Numbered from the stretch's first letter, positions 12,846-26,215 are shown. The stretch is DNA of 64,000 nucleotides from Carcharhinus amblyrhynchos (GCA_965287045.1 OZ336882.1:73780001-73844000); one strand, 5' to 3'. Program-made: numbers and translations. The notes: generated by a model from the letters alone, not told the origin.

Positions 12846-14376
12846 CCTTGGTGATTATTTTCCAAACGTTGCTGGATTCCGGGGAAGTGCCGGAAGATTG
12901 GAAAACGGCTAATGTTACGCCATTGTTTAAGAAGGGTGGCAGGCAAAATGCGGGCAATTATAGGCCGGTTAGTTTAACGTCTGTTGCAGGAAAAATGTTA
13001 GAATCCGTGATCAAGGAGAAAATAGCGAGGCATCTTGAGGAGAATTGTTTGGTAGAGCAGACGCAGCACGGTTTCGTTAAGGGGAAGTCATGTCTGACGA
13101 ATTTATTGGAGTTCTATAAGGATGTGACTAGGGCGGTGGATAGAGGAGAGCCGGTGGATGTGGTCTTTCTTGATTTTCAGAAGGCGTTTGACAAGGTGCC
13201 TCACAAGAGGTTATTGCAGAAGGTCCGGGGGCATGGAGTTGGGGGTAGGGTGTTAGCGTGGATAGAGGATTGGCCGTCAAATAGGAGGCAGAGAGTGGGG
13301 GTCAATGGGTGCTATTCGGATTGGTGGTTGGTGACAGGTGGAGTGCCCCAGGGGTCGGTGCTGGGGCCTCAGCTATTCACCATTTATATAGATGATCTGG
13401 AGGAGGGAACTGAGTGTATGGTGTCGAAATTTGCCGATGACACCAAGATTGGTGGAATGGCAAATTGTGCGGAGGGTGTGGAGAGTCTGCAGAAGGATCT
13501 AGATAGGCTGGGCGAATGGGCCAGGAACTGGCAAATGGAATTTAATGTTGGCAAATGTGAGGTTGTCCACTTTGGTAGGAATAATGGTAGGAAGGACTAT
13601 TACTTACGTGGCGAAAAACTGCAGCGTGCGATGGTGCAGAGGGACCTCGGGGTCCTTGTGCATGAGTCGCAAAAACCCAGCCTGCAGGTGCAGCAGGTGG
13701 TCAGGAAGGCGAATGGGATGCTGGCCTTCATAGCGAGGGGGATTGAATATAAAAGTAGCGAGGGCTTGCTGCAGCTGTATAGGGCACTGGTGAGGCCACA
13801 GCTGGAGTACTGTGTGCAGTTTGGGTCGCCGCACTTACGCAAGGATATTTTGGCCTTGGAGGGAGTGCAGAGGAGGTTTACTAGGCTGATTCCGGAGTTG
13901 AGGGGGTTGAACTATGAGGAGAGGCTGAATAAACTAGGCTTGTACTTGTTAGAGTTTAGAGGAATGAGGGGAGATCTCATTGAGACGTATAAGATGTTGA
14001 ATGGGATGGATAGGATAGAGGTGGAGAGGCTCTTCACGCTCAGAAAGGACAGTAGGACTAGAGGGCACAGCTTCAGGATAAAGGGGGGGGGGGCGGTTTA
14101 GAACGGAGTTGAGGAGGAACTTCTTCACTCAAAGGGTGGTGAATCTCTGGAATTCTCTGCCCGTTGAAGTGGTGGAGGCTGCCCCGCTCAATATTTTTAA
14201 GATGCGGGTTGATAGGTTTTTGATAGGCAAGGGGATTAAGGGTTATGGGGAGAGGGCGGGAATGTGGAACTGAGCCACGACAGATCAGCCATGATCTTAT
14301 TGAATGGCGGGGCAGGCTCGAGGGGCTGGATGACCTACTCCTGCTCCTATTTTTTATGTTCTTGTGTTCTTATGTT
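12846..14376 (+). mobile_element. Young 5'-truncated CR1 LINE with a nearly intact RT domain
   Basis: ORF 12827-14101: [46 protein letters not shown]; frameshift in a G-run; CATATG direct repeat at 12840-12845 and 14377-14382. Confidence 0.97.
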
Positions 14377-15469
14377 CATATGATGCACTCACCTTTCATC
14401 AATTGGGGTATAGATTATAAAAGCAGAGAGGTCATGATGAAGTTGTATAGAACTTTGGTGAGGCCACAGCTGTAGTACGTCTGCTGTTCTGATCGTCACG
14501 TTATTGGGGGGACGTCAATGCACTGGAGGGGGTGCAGAGGGGATTTACTGAGGTGCTGCCTGGGATGGAACATTTAAGTAATGAAGATAGGTTGGATAGT
14601 CATAGGCTGTTTTTATTGGAACAGAGGAGACCTGATTGAAATGTTCAAGATTATAAGGGGGAATGATAGGCTGGATAAGGAGCAGCTGTTGTAGGGTTAG
14701 TTACGAGGGGATACAAGTGGGGGATGGGAGGTCTGGGGATGATTTGAGGAAAAACCTTTTTTACTCTGAATGTGCGGACAGTCTTGAATGCATTGCCTGC
14801 GAGGTTGGTGGATGCGGGATACCTCACATCCTTTTAAAAATTATCTGGATGTTTACTTGGCACACCATAACATTCAAAACTGTGGGCCTAGTGCTGGCAA
14901 GTGAGATAAGGTGGGCAGTTCAGGGCATTTCCTGCATCGGTATAGACTCGATGAGCCAAGGGGCCTCTTCAGTATTATAGTATTTTTAGATTATTTGCAA
15001 AATAATTTTGGAAATGGCCCCCTTCTTCTTTTGTTTCTCCTTAACTCTGATACCTCCAAATAGCTCAGATTTACTAAAATCGATTACAAATACTATTGTT
15101 GACTATGCTGTCTTCACCCTTTCAGGCAGTGAATTCCAGCGAAAGAATCGACTGTTTCAAAACAACTCTTCCCAAATATTCCTTGCTATCTTAGGACGTT
15201 TCTATCTTCTGGTTTCCCCCTCTTCTCCCAATAGTAAAATAACATTATTTGAATTTACCTGAGCATGCCTTCAGCATTTTGAACTGCAACAGCAAGCCTC
15301 ACTTAACTTCCTCTACTAGAAGTAAAACACTCCAGCTTCCCATACTTCCCACATAATTGTATCTCTTGAAGTATTGTAATAAATCTCATCTGCACTGTCT
15401 CTAGCATCTTGTCATATTTCCTAAAGTATGATGTCTAGAATGTGTGATAATACTCCAGCTGGGCCAGCA

Positions 15470-15995
15470 TGTGTGCAGGAAGTGGCTGCAGATGCAGCTC
15501 CTGAAAGCCGAGGTTCCAATATGGAGCAGTGGTTGGGGACAATACGGAGCGTCCGTGAAGCTGACGGAATTGTGGGATGCACATACAAACAGTTGGTAAT
15601 ACCACAAGCTCAGAAACCACGCACAGAAAGCGAATGGTTGACAAACAGGCAGAGCAAAAGGGCAATGCAGGCAGTGCAGGAAACCCTTGTGGCCATTCCA
15701 CTGAGGACAGACACATCACTTTGAATATTGTTGGGGGCAATGGCCTCATTAGAAAGCTGTGATAGCCCAACTTTTGAACCACAGTCAGCTCTACTGCACA
15801 GGAGAGAAGGATAAAGTGTGTGAACGCAACAGCTACAGGGAATCGAACTATAAGGGGAATTGACGGTCATTACTGTGGTGGCAAACGAGACTCTCGGATG
15901 CTATGTTGGCTCCCTGGTACTAGGGTCAAAGATTCTCAGAGCGGTACAAGGGCATTCAGAGGATAAGCGTGAATAGCCAGTCATTGTTGTACACA
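15470..15995 (+). mobile_element. CR1 ORF1 (coiled-coil / SGNH-esterase) remnant
   Basis: EQWLGTIRSVREADGIV and RGIDGHYCGGKRDSRMLCWLPGTRVKD. Confidence 0.7.
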
Positions 15996-15997
15996 TT

Positions 15998-17585
15998 CAA
16001 GAACAAAGAACAAAGAAAAGCACAACATAGGGACAGGCCCTTCGTTGCTCCAAGCTTATGTCGATCACGATTCCCTAACTTAAACAAAAACCTTCTGTTC
16101 TTACTCAGTCCATGTCCCTCTATTCCCTCCCTAATCATGTACCCACCCGGATGCCACTCCAATGTTACTAATGTGTCTGCTTCCACAACTTTCTCTGGCA
16201 ACGTGTTCCAGGCACCAACCACTCCCTGCATGAAAAACTTACCCCGAATATCTCCCTTAAACTTCCCCCCGCCTCACCTTGAATCTTGTCCCTTGCATTT
16301 TACACTATCCACCCTGTCTATGCCTCTGATAATTTTGTAGACCTCTGCAAGGTATCCCCTCGGCCTCCGTGTTCCCAGTGACCACAATCCTAATTTATTC
16401 AACCTCCCCTCATTGCCAAAACCCTTGAGACCAGGCAACATCTTGCTGAACCTTATTTGCACTCTCTCCAAAGTTTCTACGTCTTTCTGTAGTGCGGTGA
16501 CCAGATCTACACACAATATTCCAAACGTGGCCTGACTAAGGTTTTATATAGCCGCAGCATGATTTTCCAACTCTTGTACTCAGTGCCCCGTCCAATGAAG
16601 GCAAGAATGTCATATGCCTTCTTAATCACCTTGGCCATCTGCATTGCCATGCTTATGGAAAATTGGGCCTGCATGCGCAGATCATTCTGTATGTCATCGT
16701 TCCTAAGGATTCTGCCAATTGCAGTATAATTCACATCTAAATTTGATCTTCCAAATTGCATCAGATCTCAATTTTCGGGATTAAATTCTATCTGCCATTT
16801 CTGAGTCCAAGTTTCCAATTTATCTATATCATGTTATATTCTCTGACAATCTCTGGCATTATCTACAACTCCACAAATCTTCATGTCATCCACAAACTTA
16901 CTATTCAGGCACCCATTCTTCCTCCAAATCATGTATATATACTACAAACAATAGAAGTCTCAGCACTGATCCCTGCGAGCGCCAGTAGTTACAGATCTCC
17001 ATTCTGAAAAACACCCTTCCATTGCTACAGAGTCTTCTATTACCGAACCATTTCTGCATCCATCCAGCTAGCCCAACCTGAATCTCATGTAATTTTAGAT
17101 TTTGCACCAATGCACTATACGGTGCTTGTCAAACGCCTTACTCTAGTCCATACAGACTACATGCATAACCCTTCATCAATTGTCTGATTACCTCGTTGAA
17201 AAAACTCAATCAGTTTGATAGGACATGATCTTCCCTGTGCAAAACCATGCTGCCCGTCACTAATTAGTGTTTTTTTCTAAGTATGCATATACACTGTCCC
17301 TCAGTATCTTCTCCAAAAGCTTTCCCACCACTGAAGTCAGGCTCCCATTTGATAATTTCCTGGATTATCTCTGCTCCATTTCTGAAGCAAGGGAACAGCA
17401 TTGGCTATTCTCCATTCCTAGGTAACCTCTGCTGTGGCCAAAGAGGATGTGATAATATCTATTAAGTCCCTCACTACTTTTTATTTAATCTTGCCTCCTG
17501 CAGTAACCTGGGATAGATCTCGTGCATCATCGGGGGCTTGTGTATCTTAATGCAATTTAGATACTCAACACTTCCTTCTTCGAAA
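15998..17585 (-). mobile_element. CR1 LINE, degenerate RT and 3' tail
   Basis: KKAYDILAFIGRGTEYKS...LVRPRLEYCV; tail AAGAACAAAGAACAAAG on the + strand at 15998. Confidence 0.9.
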
Positions 17586-19082
17586 TAACTATGCCAATGA
17601 CGTAGCTAAAAAAAAATGAGGTCCAAAAGTTGAATATCAGGAGTTAGAATGTAAATTGAAAAGCAGAACATCAAAATTAGTGAATTCAGGATTAACACCT
17701 ATGCCACGTGTTAGTCAAGGTAGCAATTCTAGGATATATAAAAATATTAGGATATGTCATCTGTTGCAGATGCATCAATATCGCAATAAAACAAAAAGAA
17801 TTTTTTTCACTTTAACCGGGTGCTCGATTTTGGGTTTTTTTTTCGTGCAGAGTTTGTAACATCTGATCACCTGGTGGCAGTCAGGATATAACAATGGACT
17901 GCAGACCACCACAACTTCCTCCCACAGCTCACACGCCCAGGGACCACATAATACTGAAGCAAAATTAATGTTGTGTGCTAGTTTTCACCCACAGATTTAT
18001 ACCACTTTCCAGAATTTTTCCATGCTTTTTGACTAATACATTATTATCCTTGTTTCGTAGCAACTTTCACAGGCAAACTTCACAGCAGCAGGCTTCTACA
18101 GATAACTATGATTATAGTTTCAGATCATACTGTTGCAGTAATATGATCTGTGTGATATTCATTGATCAGTGTGCAAGAAAGATGGACATTACTGAAGTTT
18201 TAATATCTCAAAGCAGAAAACGCTCACAGGCTCTACACATGCAGGCCCCAGGCAAATAGTCAATTCGATCCATAGCTCACAACATGAACATACTGGCCGG
18301 ATTTTACCAGCACACTCTCCACTGTCCTCGCCGGAATCGCACAACCCTCGGGCAGATGTGCCGGTAAAATTACACCTAAAGAATTGAAAGTAGCAAGAGG
18401 AATATGTGGCCCAAGCCTTCAGTTATATTCCGCCACTTAAATTAACAGCCTCTTTCATTACAATTCGTCACCTTATTTGTAATTAAATCTTTTTTTTTAA
18501 TTCAGAAACAAAGCAGGAATCTGAAAACAGTAGGGGCAGAACAATGGAGAGGGATAGAGATATTGGAAGACAGAAACGAGAGAGAAAGAACTAAAGAGAG
18601 AGGCAGTTGCTTCATTGTTCAGTCAATATCAGCTTACAAAACACAATCTCAGAAACATTTACAGGCTTCTGGGGAATGTACGGAGTGCGAGGCTAATTCG
18701 TTGTTTTTATCAAAGAGATAATGCAAGCATGATGGACCGAATGACCTCCTGTGTTGTAAGATTTGGCCACCTTTCCCTTTACATGGTTATATGTCATGGA
18801 ACAATGAATTGTTAAATTTATTATATATTCACAGTAATCATTTAAAGTGGCAGAATCTGAGTAACCATTAGAATGTGATGAGACTCCACTGTATCTCGGA
18901 TTACGATGACCAAAATACTGTAAATAAGGGACAGGTCAAGCTGAGTAATGTAATGGCAATGCCTAGCAAGGGACAATTTCAATCATTACTAAGGAAAACT
19001 CTGTATTGGAAGGAAAAACTGTGACTGCAACATTGTTGCAGGGAAAGCAGTAAAAACAATGGCTAAAAACAATTTTTAGCAG

Positions 19083-19160
19083 ATACTAGAATCATAAACC
19101 AAAAGAGAAAATGCTGGAAAATCTCAGCAGGTCTGATAGCATCTGCAAGGAGAGAAACAA
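19083..19160 (-). mobile_element. Penelope-like terminal repeat fragment (second family)
   Basis: AGAAAATGCTGGAAAATCTCAGCAGGTCTGATAGCATCTG; also at 22042, 28817, 40912 and, reversed, ~63550. Confidence 0.6.
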
Positions 19161-19644
19161 TGCCTGGCAAACACGCAGCGATTAAAATAAGAGATCCTTG
19201 AGAGACGGGTGTAGGAATAACACAGATATCTCAGAGGATTATAGATTGGAGCAGATTAAAGTTATGGGATTACCATTTGATCAGGAGGACGTCGGCACAA
19301 TGTGCTCGAGACCTACCGTGTCAGAATGATTTTTGCGAGGGCAAATTAGTGCTGCCAAGCCTCCAGGTTTGGCTTGGAACCTCGAGGGATTGTAAATCAA
19401 TTTCAAAACATTGCTATGTGCAAATCTGGAAAACATGCATTCAGGATATTAAAATGTTGTTTAAATTTTTAAAAAATCTCTTTTTCAGTCATAAAAAATA
19501 TTGAAAATTGGGAGTGAAAACCTAAGGTCATTAATTTTGGTAACGGATCTTTTAACTTTCCAATTGACGTAGGAAGTTACCATGATGCATGATGTATGTG
19601 TTTGGCCAATTAGCGGATGGAGCAGGTAACAAATGGTAAAGTCA

Positions 19645-19830
19645 TAGAATCCCTCCGGTGCAGAAGGAAACTACTTGGTGCATCAGCCGGCACCAAAAAC
19701 AATGCCACTAGTATCCTATCTCCATATTCCCATATATTTAATCTGCTAACCCCATTGACACTAAGGGGAAATTTACCATGAACAATAAACCTGACCTGCA
19801 CATTTTTGATAATGTGATGAAACCTCAAGG
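19645..19830 (-). mobile_element. HE1-type V-SINE, partial
   Basis: CATAGAATCCCT tail and V-domain sequence GGGGAAATTTACCATG...ACCTGCACATT. Confidence 0.65.
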
Positions 19831-20255
19831 AATACAGTTGAATGGTTGAATTTTGCAATTTGACTCAGGAATCCCTTCATATCATCGTGGAAGATGTAAG
19901 TGCCCATTCGATAGCCAAATCACATAAAAGCTATCATAGAGCACAAGTCTATGCCAATTTCTAAACAATCCATCAACTATTTTCCAGAAGTACTCATAAA
20001 TACTTTATACATTTAGTACAGGATTGACAGCAAATTGTGGAATTCCAGATTGTGTCAAAGATTAATGTCAATTGGATGAACAAATGGATGGAAGGGCTCA
20101 AATTAATATTTCATTTTAATAATATTTTAATAATACAGTAAGACCGGTTGCCTGAAAGTCAAGGTTTCACTTTCCATTTGTATGTGTAAGTACATTATTT
20201 TTCCAATATTAGCGTTGGCTTTGTATTTTAATCCAATGTGTATTTAAATGATGTT

Positions 20256-20566
20256 TGGTACGGTGGCATTGTGGTTAGCACCGCTGCCTCACACTGCTAG
20301 TGCCCCAAATTCAATTCCATTCTTAGGGCACTGTCTGTGGAGTTTGCATTTTTTTTCTCTGTCTGCTTGGGTTTCCATCAAGTGATCCAGTTTCCTCCCA
20401 CAGTCCAAAGATTTGCGAGTTGAGTGGGTTGGCCATGATAAATTGTCCCTTCGTGCTGGGGGATTAGTAGGGTAAATATGGGGTTAATGAAATAGGGAAG
20501 GATCGTTGTTGGTGCAGGTTCAATGGACCTGATAACCACCTTCTGCACTGTAGGGTTCCATGATTG
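20256..20566 (+). mobile_element. HE1-type V-SINE directly upstream of the gene 2 promoter
   Basis: tRNA-like head GGTGGCATTGTGGTTAGCACCGCTGCCTCAC, V-domain CCTCCCACAGTCCAAAGAT, CR1-type tail. Confidence 0.85.
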
Positions 20567-20570
20567 ATGT

Positions 20571-20618
20571 TAATGATTACAGGTTTGATTCCCTAGAGTC
20601 TTGCTGCATGTATAAATA
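20571..20618 (+). promoter_or_regulatory. Gene 2 proximal promoter: homeodomain site, O/E-like site, TATA
   Basis: TAATGA 20571-20576, TCCCTAGAG 20590-20598, TATAAATA 20611-20618, ATG at 20686. Confidence 0.6.
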
Positions 20619-20685
20619 TAGATTCCCTTTCATTGTCTCATCAGAGTCTTTCAACTCCTACAGAAGCCTTTGACTCTCGGAGAAA

Positions 20686-20755
20686 ATGGGGAAACCAACT
20701 ATTCTGCTAGTGAAAGAGATTTACTACCCTATTCTCGCAGCTGTGGGTTTTCCTG
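20686..20755 (+). CDS. GPR139/GPR142-like GPCR, gene 2, exon 1
   Basis: MGKPTILLVKEIYYPILAAVGFP, then G|GTGAGT donor at 20756; 369-bp intron. Confidence 0.92.
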
Positions 20756-21124
20756 GTGAGTCATTGTAACCTGACTGTTGTTAATCTTCCTGTTTACATC
20801 CCACACAGGTTAAGAGAACATTTCCTCACGTTGTTAGCATTCTCTGCTGGATAGTTACCGAAACAAAGTTGTAAACCATGTCTTCACAATTTTTCTTTCT
20901 AAAAATACCATCATATAATATTTCCTGAAGGTATTAAGATTGTAGTGGATTTCAAGCAGTTTTGTAACCCAGTGCAGAGCGAAACCTGCAACAGCTTAGT
21001 AACTGTGTGGTTGGGTTCCTATTTGTTATAACACCTTTTTTTTTCAAATAGTCTCTGCAAATTTCTTCATATTCCTTTCAACCAGATATTGAAACATTAT
21101 TTGTTTTCTCTATCTCTCTTACAG

Positions 21125-22071
21125 CAAACGTATTAACAATCGGTCTTGTGTCCCAGGGAAACTGCGGCCTATCCAAATGTATCTCTACTTATATGGTAGC
21201 TATGGCAACAGCAGATCTCCTGGTCATTATCAACAATATAATGATATATTATATATTCAGCTATCATTTCCCGTTTTCATTCTTGTCGCAGACGCCTGTC
21301 TGCAGGACCAATATATATATGACTGCTGTCACGATCGATTTGTCTATTTGGTTCACAGTATGCTTCACATTTGACCGATGTGTAGCAATTTGCTCCCAGA
21401 AGGTTAAAACAAAGTACTGCACCAAAACTGTTGCAACCACCATTTTAACTGCCGCTTCCGTCCTGATTTTGTTAAAGAACATCCCGGTTTTGTTTGCATA
21501 TGAACCTCAGCACATAATTAACAAGGTGCAATGGGGCTGCCTGTCAAGCGTGACTTTTTTTTCTTCATCTCCGGGTGTAGCGTACGTCTGGTTTCATAGC
21601 GCCTGGGCAGTATTGGTCCCTTGTACTTTAATTATTTTGTTTAATTCTTTCACTGTCCGACGCATATTTGTAGCCAATAGAAGGCGCAGAGGCCTCCTGA
21701 GTCACAGGAGTGGAAATCACGACGATTCTCAGAAAGACAACAGAAGGAAATCCATCATTTTATTATTCACCATATCTATCACGTTTATATTGCTCTGGTT
21801 CACACATGCCGTGACTCTAGTAACTACCAGACTGACAAACAGTCTTTATTATCGAGGCGATCGCACTACCCCTGCATATATCGCCACTGAAATCGGAGCT
21901 TTCCTAAAGTTGTTGAGTTGCTTTCAAAATCCATGTATTTATGTAGCGACACAGAGCAAATTCAGAGAGGAGTTGAGAAATGTGATGGAATATCCATGGA
22001 GACCAATTTCCAAATTTGTTGAAAAATACAGATCTAAGAATAAAAACAAAATACTGGAATCTGAAACATAA
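21125..22071 (+). CDS. GPR139/GPR142-like GPCR, gene 2, exon 2 (338 aa total)
   Basis: Acceptor TCTCTCTTACAG (AG 21123-21124), phase 1; ANVLTIGLVSQGNCGLS, YMVAMATADL, TPVC, FTFDRC, QWGC, NPCIY. Confidence 0.93.
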
Positions 22072-22206
22072 ACAGAAACTGTTGGGAAATCTCAGCCGGT
22101 CTGATAGCATCTATGGAGAAAGAATAGAGCCAATGTTGTGAATCTGGATAATATTTCAGGATCTTCCGGACTGGAGACGCTGGGTCTATTCTCTCTCCGC
22201 GGATTT
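22042..22206. mobile_element. Penelope-like terminal repeat with a partial inverted copy, overlapping the gene 2 stop codon
   Basis: TGGAATCTGAAAC...GGGAAATCTCAGCCGGTCTGATAGCATCT matches 28836ff; GAGAAAGAATAGAGCCA can pair with TGGGTCTATTCTCTCTC. Confidence 0.65.
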
Positions 22207-22581
22207 AAGGAATCAATTTTAACAAATCGCCCTTCAAAATCTGAATTATCGCCTATTTCATCCATCTTAGAACGCCTTAATCTGAAAATTGGTAAAGGTT
22301 ATGTTCCATTACAACCGCTCTTTTGATGCAGGCATTATTTTTCATTTCCCAATTTTTTTTTTAAGTAAAGATAACACACTCTCCTACATGTAGTCATTTC
22401 AAACTCAAGAATCAAAAAATAAATGGTGGTGGCCTTCAGCGGCTGTGTCGCGCATAACAGAAGAATCCACTGCATATACTAATATCGAGCAGGTCAACTT
22501 AAGATCGCGAGAAAGTTCATCTGGTGCTGAAGCAATATACGGGTTAGTGGTGGCCGACCTTAATAATTCTCCCGGTACTTT

Positions 22582-23039
22582 GATGAGGAGAGGCTGAATA
22601 AACTAGGTTTGTACTCGTTAGAGTTTAGAAGAATGAGGGGAGATCTTATTGAGATGTATAAGGTGATGAATGGGATGGATAGGATAGAGGTGGAGAGACT
22701 CTTCCCGCTCAGAAAAGATAGTAGGACTAGGGGGCACAGCCTCAAGATAAAGGGGGGGCGGTTTAGAACGGAGTTGAGGAGGAACTTCTTCACTCAAAGG
22801 GTGGTGAATCTCTGGAATTCTCTGCCCGTTGAAGTGATGGAGGCTACCTCGCTAAATATTTTTAAGACGCGGGTTGATGGGTTTTTGATAAGAGAGGGGA
22901 TTAAGGGTTATGGGGAGAGGGCGGGAATGTGGAACTGAGCCACGACAGATCAGTCATGATCTTATTGAATGGCGGGGCAGGCTCAAAGGGCTAGATGGCC
23001 TACTCCTGCTCCTATTTCTTATGTTCTTATGTTCTTATG
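22582..23039 (+). mobile_element. Young CR1 3' end
   Basis: ORF 22609-22938 and TTCTTATG x3 tail; same subfamily as X/Y. Confidence 0.95.
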
Positions 23040-23904
23040 TAAAACAGCTTTGACAAGTGATTAGTGTTTAACTTGGCGAAACAGCCCATACATTGTGCAC
23101 CCTTGTGATGTTTCACTCCTTCCATCCCAACTATTGAGCCAAAGTCGTGAGTTGATGCTAACCACTATCTCGCACTCGACAGTCAGTGGCGTGCACAGTG
23201 ATAACGGGGGCAATATTACTGTCATTTTGGATTAATAAATTTGACAATGTAGTGAAGGAATGCAAAAATTAATGGTTTGGCATAAAACTATTATCAATGT
23301 TGATGATATAAAAATAAACCTCTGCCCAATTCAGGAATGTATTTATAGCTTGGTGTTCAACTTAATATTTGCACCCAAATAGAATAATTTGCAGCTAACA
23401 TCTAAGGCGTTTGAACATTCTATGAAAAAGCTGAGAATAAATTGTAACTTTCGGTTTTTATTTTCGTGATCATCTTGCCTTAATCTGTGAAGAACGTCGA
23501 GGAGCAGAGGGCATTGGAATGCAACTAAAAGTTGAATATGGACATCCAACACTATTGTCTTGCATATCCCATACTTCGAAAGTGAAGTTGCCAGAGGATA
23601 AATCCATAAAATGACAAAATAAATTTACATTTTACAGACATTGGCTTAGATCACAAACATAAGAAAGTGATAATAAATCCTTCCAAATCAGTTGCCCGGC
23701 CCGTGTTAACATACACCATATCTCCTCTGCTATCAAATGCCTTATTTTCACTGAGAAAAATGCAAAAGCTTTCCAGCAGGAATGGAAAACCTGCGGGCTA
23801 GTGAAAATGAGGAACTGAAATGAATAATATAAAGGCAGGGATGTAATCGGGTAAATACGAAATTATCCAACTTGGTAGGAAAAAAAGACAAGTTCGGAGC
23901 ATGT

Positions 23905-24237
23905 CATAGAATCACAGAAAGCCTACATTGCAGAAAGAGGCCATTTGGCCCATCGAATCAGCACCGATCACAATCCCACCCAGGCCCTACCCTCTTATCC
24001 CTGCATAGTTACCCGCTGATCCCTCTAACCTACGCACCTCAGGATAACAATGGCCAATTTTAGCTTGGCCACTCAATCTAATCGCACATTTTTAGACTGT
24101 GGGAGGAAACCGGATAACCCATAGAAAACACGTGCATACAGGACAAGAATGCGCAAACTCCACACGGGCAGTGACCCAAGCCGGGAATCAACCCAGCCGG
24201 CAACTGTGAAGAAGCAGTGCCAACCACTGTGCCACCT
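23905..24237 (-). mobile_element. HE1-type V-SINE
   Basis: GACTGTGGGAGGAAACCGGA...CAAACTCCACAC...AACCACTGTGCCACC. Confidence 0.85.
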
Positions 24238-25429
24238 CTCTTGACTGTTGAGAGTTTTGGATGTGTTTAAGTCCTAACGGACCTGGTTGTAATCATTCAC
24301 GCGTCACTTAAAGCTGACGGGATCAGTAAACAATTAAAAAGGGAGGCGTCATTTTAGCTTTTAGTGCAAGTGGATTCGAGTAAAACAGTAAATAATTGCT
24401 ACTGTAGTTTTTCACAGACCTGATGTGACTGCAGTTGGACAGTTACGTACAATTTTGACCTCCTTAGATTAGGCAGATTGTATTTGCCAGAGAGGGAGTG
24501 CACTGAATGTCAAGTAGATGCTTTCAGTTCTCCGTGGAGAAATGAAAGAAGGCCAATTTCCCTAGCCCATCAACGCATTTGAAAGTTCAATCCCTTCGCC
24601 TGCCCACCCACTTGTAGTTCGAAATTTTTGATAACCTCTCTTCGCATCAAACTATTTCAAATGCGTTCCAAGTATTCATCACTCAAGACCAAAAAGAACT
24701 TCCTCAGAAAGAAGGGTTGTGCATGTTGTTTATTGTTGTCCTATATAAAAAAAATAAAATTGTTGAGTCAGATGTCCTGTTCCATTGCAGTGAAATTTCA
24801 GCTAAAGTAAACGATTGGGTCAATGAAGATAGTAAAAGCGATGGACTAGCCAGAAAATTCCCTTTTTGTGTAGAATTCAGCTTCTTTTTTTTTACACAGC
24901 CTGATGAATAAAGTTGAAAGTGAAACACCCCCTTTCTTTTTTTTTCAAAGGTGAAGGTCCAAGTCTCTTTCATTCACTCAGTTCTGGCAACCTTCAAAGG
25001 TTGTGACCCAAATATCCTCTGAACAGAAAGGGCAAGTTCGTCGGACAGGGAAACTTTTATTTTCTCAGAACAGATGGATGGCACCACAATCACTTTGCAA
25101 TTACATTGACCTAATATGACAATCCGGTCCAAGGGCAATTACAACAGATTTGGAGACTTGTCTAGATCAGACAATGAATCTCATTTTGTGTATGCCCTCA
25201 TGTCCTAAAATTGAGTGCACATGGCATATCGCAGCATCTAGTGGTCAGAGAAAATAACTGACAATTGGTTACATCCACCCATTTAAGGGACTTGGAAAGT
25301 TAGTAACACTATTCGATTATAATTGTCTTTTTTTTATGCTTATGCAAAACTACTTAGTAAGTAAGGTTTCCAACGTTGTGGACTGCCACAGAATATTGAC
25401 TCATCATGTCTCACTCACTTCACTAGTCA

Positions 25430-26215
25430 GAGCATGAAGGAGCAGAACAATATCAAGGAAATCCAAACAGGGAATGAGCCATACTAGACTTGGGATTGGG
25501 GAATGAGCCAGGTCAGATGATTGATGATTTAGTGGTGGAGCATTTTGGGTTTAGCGAACATAAATCCATAAGATTTCGGGTAGTCAGGGATGAGGACAAG
25601 AGTGACTCTTGGGTAGATGCGCTTAAGTGGACGAGGGCCAGATACATACAAATTAGACAGGAACAGGGAAATGTGGATTGTGAACGGCCATCTAGTGACA
25701 AATCTGACATATAGGAGGCTTTTAAAGTTGATTTATGCGCAGGACAGACATGTCCCCGTAAAACTGAAGAGTGGCCTTGGAACCGTGGATGACAAGGAAA
25801 ATTGTAAGCGTATTCAAAAGGATAAAACATGCGATAGGTATAGGCATCTAAGAAGTGACGAAGCCTTGATAAGTATAATGAAATTTGAAAGGAACTCAAA
25901 CGCAATAGTAGGAGGGTTAATTGGGGCTGTGAAATGTCTTTAGCAATATGGGTCTAGGAGAATCCAAATGCGTCTTATGCATATACGAAGAGCAAGATGG
26001 TAAGAAGAGAAATAATAGGCCCAGTCAAGGTCAATGGAAAGACGTTATGCGTGGGAGCACAAGTAGGCGAGTTCCTTAATGAACATTTTTTATTGGCATT
26101 CACCAAGGAGAAGACATGACGGATGCTAACGTCAGGGATAGGTGTGTGAACGCTTCAGAGAATGTCAATTCTCAGAGTCAGAGAATGTCAGAGAATGCCA
26201 AGGAGGACGTGTTGA
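25430..26215 (+). mobile_element. Degenerate CR1 (endonuclease/linker region)
   Basis: LGNEPGQM...EHFGFSEHKSIRF. Confidence 0.75.

Larger units (their letters stand above)
11645..14980 (+). mobile_element. Older CR1 LINE interrupted by an LTR fragment (~12010-12601) and a young CR1 (12846-14376)
   Basis: DFSKAFDK and QCWDP remnants, WTNKWQME...KCEVMYFG, then GIDYKSREVMMKLYRTLVRPQL and a tail. Confidence 0.8.

Noticed and set aside
12827-14101. 424-aa RT ORF as an active or domesticated gene
   Set aside because: 5'-truncated with no endonuclease, frameshifted near the C-terminus and bounded by a TSD; an ordinary young CR1 insertion.
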